A stretch of 64,000 nucleotides of DNA from Candidatus Iainarchaeum sp. (GCA_030688545.1 JAUYHT010000008.1:84608-148607); one strand, 5' to 3'; numbered from the stretch's first letter, positions 29,213 through 38,392 are shown. Translations and numbers: made by a program. The notes: generated from the letters alone by a model not told the origin.

Positions 29213-29770
29213 ATGGAAACGAAAGCCGTTTTTAAAACACATGGAGAACCCGATCAGGTGCTATATCAGCTTATTCAACGAAATCACTTCCTCCCCTGGT
29301 ATCGATTCTCGCCTGAGCATTGGGTAGCGATCCAATTAGGCAGACATCGAATTGCGGAGTATAATGAAGGAAAAATAGTGTCGCGATGTTACACCACGAT
29401 GAAAGAATTTCAAGATAGTGTTTCCCTCCAAATATTATTCCTTGGAACCCCCTTAGTTGGAGTTAACCCCGAACTGTATGAACGATTCCGAAACGATGAC
29501 GTTTTACAAACTAAAGCTATCGAAGCCGTTAGTTCTTGGCATCGTGACGGAACTCCCAATGCCAAAAGACGATTAGCACAAATCAGAATGTTTTGTCTAT
29601 TACTCGCGATTGCAAAAGAAGAAGGGCGTTCAATCGAAGAAATTTCCATGGAAGGACATGAGGCAGACAAAAATCTTTCCCAAGAAACAAAAGCAGAAAT
29701 CAAAGCAAAAGGCTCGTGCTTGGCCACTCCAATACTTATTGAAGAAATGATTAAAACCACTCAACAATAA
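29213..29770 (+). CDS. hypothetical protein
   Basis: Start 2 nt after the previous stop; last gene of the co-directional module. Confidence 0.45.
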   Translation: METKAVFKTHGEPDQVLYQLIQRNHFLPWYRFSPEHWVAIQLGRHRIAEYNEGKIVSRCYTTMKEFQDSVSLQILFLGTPLVGVNPELYERFRNDDVLQTKAIEAVSSWHRDGTPNAKRRLAQIRMFCLLLAIAKEEGRSIEEISMEGHEADKNLSQETKAEIKAKGSCLATPILIEEMIKTTQQ

Positions 29771-29782
29771 CACATAATTTAG

Positions 29783-29819
29783 CCAGAAAAAATAAAGTTG
29801 TGTGTTTTTTATTTTCTGG
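29783..29819 (+). terminator. hairpin (CCAGAAAAAATAAA-N8-TTTTTTATTTTCTGG) with T-runs after the module
   Basis: Seen directly. Confidence 0.4.
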
Positions 29820-29961
29820 AACATTCATGCAGGCAAAAATATCTCTTGTTTTCCCGCAAAAACAGCTCTTTTTTCACAATTCAAATCAAAAGACAATGAT
29901 TTCTGCATTGCCTGAAAAACATTTTTTCCAAAAATTTCAAAATTATGAAGACAACATGGAC

Positions 29962-30222
29962 CTAAAGCGCTTCAATTTCATGAAGCAGTTTTCCCAAACT
30001 CTGACCCTTAGAAGTCAGACTATAGGCGAAGAACTTTCTTCTTTTTTCACGAATCACGGTCGACTCAATCAAATTCAGTTCTTCGAGCTCCTTGATACGA
30101 CTCGACAATGTGGCTTCCCGGTCTACCGTCTTTTTGAGGTCCTTGAACCGCAAGCCCTTGCTCTTATAGAGCGATAAAAGCACTTTTACGATATATTTCC
30201 TTTCGAGAATCGTTGTATCCAT
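29962..30222 (-). CDS. small winged-helix transcriptional regulator
   Basis: 86 aa; KVLLSLYKSKGLRFKDLKKTVDREATLSSRIKELEELNLIES wHTH pattern. Confidence 0.55.
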   Translation of the reverse strand: MDTTILERKYIVKVLLSLYKSKGLRFKDLKKTVDREATLSSRIKELEELNLIESTVIREKRRKFFAYSLTSKGQSLGKLLHEIEAL

Positions 30223-30301
30223 ACCTACCGAAATCGTAGGTATTTTACCTCAAATAGCTTTTACGCACATTAAATAGTGTTACTTACGCTGGCAGTAAGT
30301 A
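30221..30301. promoter_or_regulatory. two related hairpins, ATACCTAC-N7-GTAGGTAT (30221-30243) and TACTTAC-N7-GTAAGTA (30281-30301), each followed by TATTTTA, in a divergent promoter region
   Basis: Seen directly; the first overlaps the regulator start codon. Confidence 0.4.
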
Positions 30302-30338
30302 TTTTAATGGGGGTTTTGTTCCTACTTTATGGTAAAGT

Positions 30339-31421
30339 ATGCCCCGAATCGCCCTTTTTGGAACCTTTTGGCTTTTGGCTATTATCGGGCTGAGCGCGTG
30401 CATAAGTGCCCCTGAAAATCAACAGCAGGAGATTAACCCTATTGACATCCCCGAAGTTACTCCGAATCTAAAAATTGCTGGGATAGTTGAGACTGATGTT
30501 TTCCGACTCTTTCCAGCAATTCGACAAGTGAATTCCAACACTATATCCTATGAGGTAAGACGTTGTGCATTTGGCGAAGAAGCAGTTCCAGGTGCCAATT
30601 TTGGACGACCCGTAGTGAGTATTCATTCATTAGATGAAACAACATCTAAGCGCAATGACATTATCATGTCAGTGGTTGAAGATTCACGCGACTATGTGCA
30701 AACGCTCTCCGCACCGCTCCTTACATTTCTCATTTCAAATGAAAGTGACGTGAATTCAGGCGAAATAATTCTTTCCTATGATGAATCGGATAATGGTGAC
30801 CAATATTGGGTTCCGCGACCATTCAGTTTTTCTCCTTCATTTTCAAAATTTACTGAATTAACCTTGGTCGGAGCTTCCGAAAATAGCGATTATGCGTATT
30901 TTTTCAATCCCGCATTGACTTCAAGGACCTATTTCTACGATCAAAATGAAAACTTGATTTTCACAGACGCGGGAAAACTGGGAGATAAGAATGCAACCTA
31001 CGAATTCAATGAAATCCCTCCCGAAAAAATTTTGGATGCAAATATCTTGGGCTTGTGCGACAGCGAATTTGACTATGTCGAAATTGAACAGAATACTTTC
31101 CCTGTTTCAACTAGGAAAATTCCATGCAAACAAAATTTCGACCAGATCAGAATTGATAACCTCCAACCGAACGAATCAGCACTTGTTTCCCTTCACTATT
31201 ATCCTATGCGACGAATAAATTTGAACATGGAGCATACACCCGATCCTCCATTTCAATGGCCTGTAAAGGAACAAAAAGAAGCCGCGATCAACATTCAAAT
31301 AAACGCACAGTATTCTGCCAAGAAAGAGAAGTTATTCCAGATTGAATTAAAGTTTACCAATCGGGAATATGAGTATGATATCTATGATAATGTGTGCAAA
31401 CCAATTAGTGAGAGTTCTTGA
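30339..31421 (+). CDS. secreted/lipoprotein-like hypothetical protein
   Basis: N-terminal signal peptide ending LSAC (lipobox-like). Confidence 0.5.
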   Translation: MPRIALFGTFWLLAIIGLSACISAPENQQQEINPIDIPEVTPNLKIAGIVETDVFRLFPAIRQVNSNTISYEVRRCAFGEEAVPGANFGRPVVSIHSLDETTSKRNDIIMSVVEDSRDYVQTLSAPLLTFLISNESDVNSGEIILSYDESDNGDQYWVPRPFSFSPSFSKFTELTLVGASENSDYAYFFNPALTSRTYFYDQNENLIFTDAGKLGDKNATYEFNEIPPEKILDANILGLCDSEFDYVEIEQNTFPVSTRKIPCKQNFDQIRIDNLQPNESALVSLHYYPMRRINLNMEHTPDPPFQWPVKEQKEAAINIQINAQYSAKKEKLFQIELKFTNREYEYDIYDNVCKPISESS

Positions 31422-31647
31422 AATTGTTAATCATTGATTTCTCAGCTCTGTTCCTCATAAGAAAAGCTGTGAGGAACATGCATACTCTCTCTTCGCCAAA
31501 GAACCCTATTTTTTCGGAAATGTGAACAAAAACATAAAAAATACGGAAAAGAAGAATCCTTTTCCGAAACGGAACATCAAAAATCATGACCTTGGTGATT
31601 TGCTCGTTCTTTTTAAGAAAAAACAAAATGGAAAATTTCTATTTGTC

Positions 31648-32376
31648 TTACTCCTTTGATACCCCGTCTTCACAAACCATTGTAAAATCTTCTGTGACAC
31701 TGAGTTCCATTTTTCTAACGTTTTTCCTCAATCGATTGATAACTGCAGGTTCTCCCTTTTCTTTAATATTTTCTTTCAATTGCCAATGTGTGAAGTTGGC
31801 AACAATATCCGCTATTCGAATAAGCGGATAATCCCAATCACCATCTTGCAAATCGCAAGACCCTAACCAATTTTCTGCATGCTCTCGTACTTTTTGCTTT
31901 GATGTTTCCCAACCATATCCTTTCAAGTCTTTGTCCCATCGCATGACGGTTTCACCTTTGAATCCCTGGATTTTTAGAACCTCAACCACTAACCATTCAT
32001 GTTTAGCATAGATATCATTCATTGTGGTATATGCTGATGTTCCATCGTCTTTGAAAGTGATTCGCCAAAAGGGAATCCTGTCATAGTTTTTCTTATCAAT
32101 TTTTCCACGAAAAATTTCTTTGTCAACATACAGAATAAAGAATTGAAAATCAGTCTTGGCAAGCCGATCCACAATTTCTTCCCATGAGCTATGTAAATTT
32201 ACTCCTTTTTTTCCTGGCCAGCTTGTTTCAAGCCAATCACAAATTTTTTCAGCGGCTTTGAAATCCCGGGTTGTGATCGTGACAAGAGCGAGATATCGAT
32301 TAGAGTAATTATCATATTCGATCTCACGATTTCCCGAGGCATCAAAACCAGCATAAATTTCCTTCAAAGAGTCCAT
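31648..32376 (-). CDS. DUF3800-like protein
   Basis: N-terminal GFDASGN and C-terminal LIRIADIVANF resemble the DUF3800 terminal motifs (D.SG ... LQ.AD..A). Confidence 0.45.
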   Translation of the reverse strand: MDSLKEIYAGFDASGNREIEYDNYSNRYLALVTITTRDFKAAEKICDWLETSWPGKKGVNLHSSWEEIVDRLAKTDFQFFILYVDKEIFRGKIDKKNYDRIPFWRITFKDDGTSAYTTMNDIYAKHEWLVVEVLKIQGFKGETVMRWDKDLKGYGWETSKQKVREHAENWLGSCDLQDGDWDYPLIRIADIVANFTHWQLKENIKEKGEPAVINRLRKNVRKMELSVTEDFTMVCEDGVSKE

Positions 32377-32445
32377 AATTAGGTCTTTTCCAAATTAAGG
32401 TTAAAAAATGAATCAAACCACCCGTGCTAATCATGCTAATGAGAT

Positions 32446-32952
32446 GTGAATACCATGATTGATCCAGCCGTCCCCAATGAGACACGCGAGCAAAACCGAA
32501 TTGCAATTGTGATTGGTGTTTTTGCCATCTTGTTTGTTTTGTATCCTCACGTTAACCAATCTACTGATGAAATCAAACTTCTTTTTTACCTCACGGCCTT
32601 AGTAGCTATGTTTTACGGTTTGTATCTCTTTTTCATTGCCCTTGCGTATACCCCTGAAAGCGTTGGTCGAATGCATTCAAAATATTTTAACAAATTCAAA
32701 GAACTGGCATATTTCAATTATTTCATCGGCTCGTATGCAGCGTTTCTATTTATGGCCGTAATTGTTGTTTCGCTTATTTTTGGCGGAGTCGCAAAGGCAA
32801 TTTTGGGTTTTGAAATCCCTCTAATAATTCAACAAATTCTTCTTATACTTTTGATTGCTGTTGAAGCGATTAAAATTTTTGGAGTGAATACAGAGGAAAA
32901 AACTGAAGAGCCGATTTGGTCTAGAAGAAGGCGGTACCATGAGCAAAAATAG
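32446..32952 (+). CDS. 4-TM membrane protein
   Basis: Hydrophobic helices; overlaps the next gene by 14 nt (operon). Confidence 0.5.
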   Translation: MNTMIDPAVPNETREQNRIAIVIGVFAILFVLYPHVNQSTDEIKLLFYLTALVAMFYGLYLFFIALAYTPESVGRMHSKYFNKFKELAYFNYFIGSYAAFLFMAVIVVSLIFGGVAKAILGFEIPLIIQQILLILLIAVEAIKIFGVNTEEKTEEPIWSRRRRYHEQK

Positions 32953-34129
32953 TGCCGACTTTGTTAAGGCAAAGAAACTCTACTATGTTGAAAAATGGGC
33001 CGTTACTGAAGTTAACATAAAATTTGAGAATGTTGATGGAAACCAAAGTATTTCTGCTACGATGATTTTTGAAAAGGGCGGGAAAACTGAAACGATTGTA
33101 TCAGGTGAACCAGATTTTGTTGACATGGCATTTAATTTCAAAACATTATATCGAGACGGTGAAACTAAGATTATAGATTTATCATCTACTCCAATTAAGA
33201 ATGTCGCTAATCTTTACAAGAATGTCGAGTTTTTCAAAGACCTTTCCAAAGATAAGGTTAGAGAACTTATTGGAGAAATACAAAGTGGTAAATTTTTATT
33301 TCCTTCTGGATTTAACTTGCGTTCGACGATATTAGATGTCTTAGCTAAGAGATTTGATAATGAACATGTAAAATTCCTGCTCGCAAACTACAATGCATCT
33401 TTAGCGTTGCAACTAGCTGGGATGCCGTTATGGTATTCATCTTACCAGAAAATGAAGAATGCTGCAAATGACAAAGGGAGATTCGAAAATTTTGAGAGAA
33501 TATTTAGCAGAGTTTTTAGGGAGACACTTGGTGAAATGCCTGTTATAAAGGCGTTTTTAGCGAAGGAAACAAAATACAAAGCCGATAGAAATTTATTGTT
33601 AAAAAATCTTGGAACCGAATTTTCGCGCCATAAAGAACGGTGGGATACTTACTACAAAACTACCGGCGGACAGATGGATGGAAATGCTGCAGTATTGCAT
33701 TTTCTTGATGATTACGCAAATTTGTTTGAGATTATCAAACCTTCTCTTCAAGATATGGTCTCTATCGTGAAGGAGAAAAACAATGAAAATAATATCTCTT
33801 TAGAAAGTGATAATCAAATAGCAGCGTATCTCAAACAAAAGGGATTTTCTGATTTAGTTGACCCGATTGACCCAATACTGAGGAATGGCAGGAGTCATTA
33901 CGCGCTTGAGCAGATAGAAAAAGGGAAGCTTCATATTTATAATACAAAATTCAAAGATAGAAAGCTGCTTAAAATTTATGATATACAAGATGTCATTGAT
34001 AAGTACATGGAATTTTGTGACTTTGCTCGCGCGTTAGTAATTACTGATGTCCTTAACGACGAACTTCTTTTGCTAAAGGCCCTTGATTCGCCCGATTTTA
34101 AATTCTTTGTCATTGAAAATAAGACTTAG
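32939..34129 (+). CDS. hypothetical protein (396 aa)
   Basis: Coherent AT-rich ORF; no recognised motif. Confidence 0.5.
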   Translation: MSKNSADFVKAKKLYYVEKWAVTEVNIKFENVDGNQSISATMIFEKGGKTETIVSGEPDFVDMAFNFKTLYRDGETKIIDLSSTPIKNVANLYKNVEFFKDLSKDKVRELIGEIQSGKFLFPSGFNLRSTILDVLAKRFDNEHVKFLLANYNASLALQLAGMPLWYSSYQKMKNAANDKGRFENFERIFSRVFRETLGEMPVIKAFLAKETKYKADRNLLLKNLGTEFSRHKERWDTYYKTTGGQMDGNAAVLHFLDDYANLFEIIKPSLQDMVSIVKEKNNENNISLESDNQIAAYLKQKGFSDLVDPIDPILRNGRSHYALEQIEKGKLHIYNTKFKDRKLLKIYDIQDVIDKYMEFCDFARALVITDVLNDELLLLKALDSPDFKFFVIENKT

Positions 34130-34872
34130 TTTATTGCTGTAACAATTTGTTCAACTTTTTTGATATTTTCCAAGAGTGTTTTAGTTTTATTATTCTCGAA
34201 TTCTTCAAGCGAATAAATAATCTCACTATTATTAAGGTAGTTATAGTATTCCGCAAAGGATCGCGCTAGAATTTTGATATTAAATTCTAAAACTTTTCTA
34301 GTAACTTTTGGATCATAGTTTCGAGTTGTCTTTTTCAGATTTGCTAAACCTTTTCTGTGATAGGTTTGGAAAGGCAACATCAGCTTTTCCGTATTACTAT
34401 GTGCTATTTTTGAAAAACTGCTGTACAAATTTAGGCGCAAGTGTCTTTCCATTTGACTATAATTTGGTTTGTGACCATATTCTATCATCTCTTGGATAAG
34501 GTCAAAATTATTTGTATCTAAGCAATATACGACTCGCAGCATTCTTTCGTAATTTGCTCTCAATATTGTGACGGATTCGCCCAAACTTCCTTTTAATGCT
34601 AAATCTTCTATTATTCGGGATGCGTCTAAATTTTCCACAAGAAAATATTCATAAATTACGGATGATTTCCAACTAATTTTTCCATTTTTGTAAAAAAGGC
34701 CTTGTATTGATTCAAAAAGAAGTTGTCGAACTTTTTCACATTTTTCTAATAGCTTCTTCAATTCTTTTTCATTATTACTATGGATACTTTTTTCTTCATT
34801 TTTAGATTTTTCTTCGAATGTTTCTTCGCTAGTCGCAAAGGAATGAATAATTTTTTGTAATGTTGATTTCAT
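34126..34872 (-). CDS. hypothetical protein (248 aa)
   Basis: Coherent ORF; overlaps the previous gene by 4 nt (convergent). Confidence 0.45.
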   Translation of the reverse strand: MKSTLQKIIHSFATSEETFEEKSKNEEKSIHSNNEKELKKLLEKCEKVRQLLFESIQGLFYKNGKISWKSSVIYEYFLVENLDASRIIEDLALKGSLGESVTILRANYERMLRVVYCLDTNNFDLIQEMIEYGHKPNYSQMERHLRLNLYSSFSKIAHSNTEKLMLPFQTYHRKGLANLKKTTRNYDPKVTRKVLEFNIKILARSFAEYYNYLNNSEIIYSLEEFENNKTKTLLENIKKVEQIVTAIN

Positions 34873-34968
34873 CCGTTGATTCCTTCATGGTTACAAATTC
34901 TTAGATTATTATCTAGACAACGAACATAATGAGAAAGGCCGTAAAAAGCATTTGGTCTAATACTCGCT

Positions 34969-35817
34969 ATGGATAAAAAAACCGTACTTGAGCTTGAGGA
35001 TGCCGTAAAGACCCTGAAAGTTTGGATGAATCAATCTGCGGCTATGGTGACTCCAGAAATAAGAGATGCCGCTCTAGAATTATTTCAGTTAGGTAAATGC
35101 GATCTGGCAGTATCAAAACTTGCTTTTGATGGTGGTCACTATCCACAAGCCCTATCACTGTTACAACAGTCAGTAGAAAAACTGGGAAAAAGTGGGTTTT
35201 TAGTGACCGGTCAGGAGAAGCCTGAAAAGCTGGCCACTCATTATTTTTATGAGCCGGTAAGTAAAAAAATATTGGATACCAACGCGACCGCATTTGACTA
35301 TTTTACTGAAGTTTCTAAAATTGACCTGCCATTTAGTTCTGATTTTTCCGAAATCAGAAGAAATGAAGTGAAACTAAGAGAGATGTCCAAAGAAAAAATC
35401 AATGAATTTTTTAATTCTTTTGATGAAGGTGTGGCGCAAGTAATGGATGATGGTTTTATCGCTACAGAATTGAATAGACAGTTTGGCTTTTATGAGGGAA
35501 AAATTGATGTTCATCATCTCAATGTCGCACGTAAAAGTGCTAAAGAACAAACTCCACGCGTTAGAAATATGTTGCTAAGTGTTCTAAACTGGGCAAAACT
35601 AACAAGCTTGGTCGTCTTACTTACATCGCATTATCAGTCCTCCAGATACCCCTATGACAATAAGGGTGCGTCCTACTCTGATGATTATCACATAAAGTAT
35701 GTTCAGAATCTTGGGGTTATTCAAGCATATCCATTAGTGTATATTCAAATTCAGAATCTATTCACGTTTTTTGGAGATAGTTATGGATTAGAACTGAAAC
35801 AAGTCACGGATGATTAA
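34969..35817 (+). CDS. hypothetical protein; HEPN-like N-terminal helical segment
   Basis: AALELFQLGKCDLAVSKLAFDGGHYPQALSLLQQSVEKLGKS resembles the HEPN N-terminal helix pair; the Rx4-6H motif is not secure. Confidence 0.4.
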   Translation: MDKKTVLELEDAVKTLKVWMNQSAAMVTPEIRDAALELFQLGKCDLAVSKLAFDGGHYPQALSLLQQSVEKLGKSGFLVTGQEKPEKLATHYFYEPVSKKILDTNATAFDYFTEVSKIDLPFSSDFSEIRRNEVKLREMSKEKINEFFNSFDEGVAQVMDDGFIATELNRQFGFYEGKIDVHHLNVARKSAKEQTPRVRNMLLSVLNWAKLTSLVVLLTSHYQSSRYPYDNKGASYSDDYHIKYVQNLGVIQAYPLVYIQIQNLFTFFGDSYGLELKQVTDD

Positions 35818-35825
35818 GAATTATG

Positions 35826-36101
35826 TCAGGGTTTCAACCACGTCACAATTACAATTAAGAATGTGGCAATTGTCATCAAGATTGTTGCGATTGCCATCCA
35901 TTTTTGCATCTTTGTTGATGCCCTCATTTCATTGATTAGTTCCCGGCCGCTTCGCCGTTCCATTTCAAACTTTACCATCGTTAAATAATTTTTGTTGATG
36001 GTGTGGGATGTAATTAGTCTCAAATCTTCATCAGATAGATCGCTGACCATTCCATTATCCAAAGAACGGTATAACTGATCCAAGTGTTCAGCCTTATTCA
36101 T
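35826..36101 (-). CDS. small protein with C-terminal TM helix
   Basis: Start codon is 1 nt after the AbrB-like gene stop. Confidence 0.35.
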   Translation of the reverse strand: MNKAEHLDQLYRSLDNGMVSDLSDEDLRLITSHTINKNYLTMVKFEMERRSGRELINEMRASTKMQKWMAIATILMTIATFLIVIVTWLKP

Positions 36102-36102
36102 G

Positions 36103-36279
36103 TCAGTTCTCCATTTTTGGTAGTTCACGTATCAGGAGTGTATTCCTTCCTTGTCGTTCCCACAGTAGCTTTGTGCCTTTTTCCCATAGCATCAAGTGCA
36201 TGAGTTCGACGGGTATGGTGGCATGGTAGCGGAATGAGCCGTCTTTGTTGGCGCTTTTCTGGATTTTGGAAGTTGCCAT
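36103..36279 (-). CDS. AbrB/SpoVT/MazE-like swapped-hairpin DNA-binding protein (58 aa)
   Basis: MATSKIQKSANKDGSFRYHATIPVELMHLMLWEKGTKLLWERQ fits the SpoVT_AbrB fold pattern; internal start of track ORF 36103..36408. Confidence 0.45.
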   Translation of the reverse strand: MATSKIQKSANKDGSFRYHATIPVELMHLMLWEKGTKLLWERQGRNTLLIRELPKMEN

Positions 36280-36545
36280 AGGGAAAACATTACCATTATA
36301 TGGATTGCTTCCTATAAGGTTTGTTACCTCTAAAAGGCTAAAAAAAGAGCATCTTGATTTTACGAATAAGCGTCCTCCGGGGCCGTTTAATTTTTTGTAA
36401 GGTAGCAAACAGGGTAGCCTCTTTTCTTTTTTGGAGATGGAATGGCATATGTCGGTGGAATCAGACCGATTTTATCACTACGAACTTTTTTACGAACTAC
36501 TGAAAGGCCGAATCTGGCCCGAAAAATTTTCTCGCAAATTTTGCT

Positions 36546-37001
36546 TTATGGTTTTTTCACCGCACTTATTGATTTCCATTCATTTAATAGTGCTATGGCT
36601 TCCTTTTTTTCTACGCCGCCTTTTACTATTATTTTACCAATTTTATTTTTTTTAAGAATGTAAAATGTTCTTGTTTTCCCATATTCTCCATGTGGACATC
36701 CATAGATTACTTTGGATATTCCAGCATAAACCATTGCTTTTGCACACATTAAACAAGGTTCCACTGTGGTATAGAGAATAGATCCTTTCAACGAGTCTTT
36801 TTTCCGAGATGCTTTTCGAATAGCAGAAATTTCAGCATGAGCTGTAGGATCGTGCTTCCCGCCCTCTTGACTTCGAGATTTAGCGACGATTTTATCACTT
36901 TTTACAATGATACAACCGCATGGATAATCGCCGCGATTTAATCCTCTTTCGGCTTCTATGAGAGCAATTTTCATTATCCGTTGATCTGAGTTGCTTTTCA
37001 T
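36546..37001 (-). CDS. CMP/dCMP (CDA-fold) zinc deaminase
   Basis: HAEISAIRKA ... TVEPCLMCAKAMVYAGISKVIYG (H(A)E ... PCxxC zinc-binding motifs). Confidence 0.8.
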   Translation of the reverse strand: MKSNSDQRIMKIALIEAERGLNRGDYPCGCIIVKSDKIVAKSRSQEGGKHDPTAHAEISAIRKASRKKDSLKGSILYTTVEPCLMCAKAMVYAGISKVIYGCPHGEYGKTRTFYILKKNKIGKIIVKGGVEKKEAIALLNEWKSISAVKKP

Positions 37002-37003
37002 AG

Positions 37004-37642
37004 TTAAATCCACTTTTTCTTGTTTAGGGCAGCCCACACAATTTTTTCAATGAGTTGATGACCTTTATTATTCGGGTGAATTCCATCATTCAATGTAGAA
37101 ATGAACGTTTTATTATTTAATATAGCAAATGCGTTGACAAAATAGACTTTTTCCTCCATACAAATTTTCTTCAAGGCTTCGTTGTACTTTTCAAATTGCT
37201 TTAAACGATACGACCCTTTTGGGTACCATGGAATTGGATCTACTTTGCTTTCATCGCATGGCTTTATTCCCAAGAAAACCATTTTATCTGAATACCTTCG
37301 CGTCATCTTTATTAGACGACGAATATTGCGCTTGAATATAGGTAGAGCAACCTTATTTTGTTTCTTTTTAGGTAACCAGATAGCATCGTTCCCCCCTCCG
37401 GAAAAAATGAAAATGTTTTGCTCAGTTGGATCATCATCTAAGCGAATCTTAGCCTCACTTTCAAATCTTTTAACTAATCCAGTTGTTGTGCCACCTGAGA
37501 TCCCAAGATTATAGATCAGTAGATATTTGTTATTTGGAATATTTTTCTGATCTAATTTCTCTCGAATTCGTGAAACCCATCCGCCTTTTTTATCCCAAGC
37601 ACCATAGGTAGTTGAATCACCAAAAACCAAAATATGTGTCAT
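37004..37642 (-). CDS. SGNH/GDSL-family hydrolase
   Basis: ILVFGDSTTYG (GDS block I), GGND (block III), DGIHPN (block V). Confidence 0.7.
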   Translation of the reverse strand: MTHILVFGDSTTYGAWDKKGGWVSRIREKLDQKNIPNNKYLLIYNLGISGGTTTGLVKRFESEAKIRLDDDPTEQNIFIFSGGGNDAIWLPKKKQNKVALPIFKRNIRRLIKMTRRYSDKMVFLGIKPCDESKVDPIPWYPKGSYRLKQFEKYNEALKKICMEEKVYFVNAFAILNNKTFISTLNDGIHPNNKGHQLIEKIVWAALNKKKWI

Positions 37643-37644
37643 AG

Positions 37645-37959
37645 TCAAACTCCAAGAGATTCTTTTACCCACTTTTCAAGTTTGCTTTCATTTTTTGCGA
37701 CTCGAACAAATTCTATTGCTGGCAAATCGTATGAGTGTACTTTCTTTGTCTCTACAATAATTTGCTCTATTTTTTCTTTGGTCGTTTTGACAAGGAGCAT
37801 TGTTTCATTAGAAGATTCCATTTTTCCCTTCCACCAATAATATGACTCAATACTGGGAATAATATTCCCACATGCCACCAGCTTTTTCAGCAGGAGATTT
37901 TGAACAATTTTCTTGGCTTCGGAACGATCTTTACAAGTAATAAATCCGATATAAATCAT
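37645..37959 (-). CDS. cutA: CutA1 divalent-cation tolerance protein
   Basis: Length and pattern IYIGFITCKDRSEAKKIV...VACGNIIP...YWWKGK match CutA. Confidence 0.8.
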   Translation of the reverse strand: MIYIGFITCKDRSEAKKIVQNLLLKKLVACGNIIPSIESYYWWKGKMESSNETMLLVKTTKEKIEQIIVETKKVHSYDLPAIEFVRVAKNESKLEKWVKESLGV

Positions 37960-38008
37960 TCTAGACTTTTTGTTTTTTCCTTTATATTACTCACTCGTAA
38001 TTAGATTA

Positions 38009-38392
38009 TTAGGGGCTTCTACAGAGGTGTTCATGGACAATCTTCATCCCGTTAAGACCCTTCACAATGAGCATAGTTCCTCGACCACTTCCCTCTGCCA
38101 TTTTCCCGATGACAATCCCTTTCCAATGAAAATTAAAAGTGCACACTGCGCACTCGTCTCCAATATACAACCACTTCACTTTTGAAATTTGGTATTTTTC
38201 GTCTTTTATTTTGTTAAACGTCTTTTCAAAAGCTATCCTTATCTCGTCTATTCCTTTGAATGAACCATCCGTAAACTCATATATTGCATTGACATCGATG
38301 AATGGTTCTACATTTTTGAAATCGTGAGAATTAGAGGCCTTTTCATACTCCATCAAAAAATTATCCAGTACTTTTTCTTCCATAACCCCCAA
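38009..38392 (-). CDS. SnoaL/NTF2-like small protein
   Basis: 127 aa; alpha+beta cone-like pattern; weak. Confidence 0.4.
   Translation of the reverse strand: MGVMEEKVLDNFLMEYEKASNSHDFKNVEPFIDVNAIYEFTDGSFKGIDEIRIAFEKTFNKIKDEKYQISKVKWLYIGDECAVCTFNFHWKGIVIGKMAEGSGRGTMLIVKGLNGMKIVHEHLCRSP

Noticed and set aside
36373-36385. CCTCCGGGGcCG, a 9+2-nt match to the tRNA-Arg 3' end, as a candidate attR
   Set aside because: A match of this length is expected by chance in about 20 kb. It lies inside the 5' extension of an ORF and has no flanking extension of identity, so it is not accepted as the island boundary.
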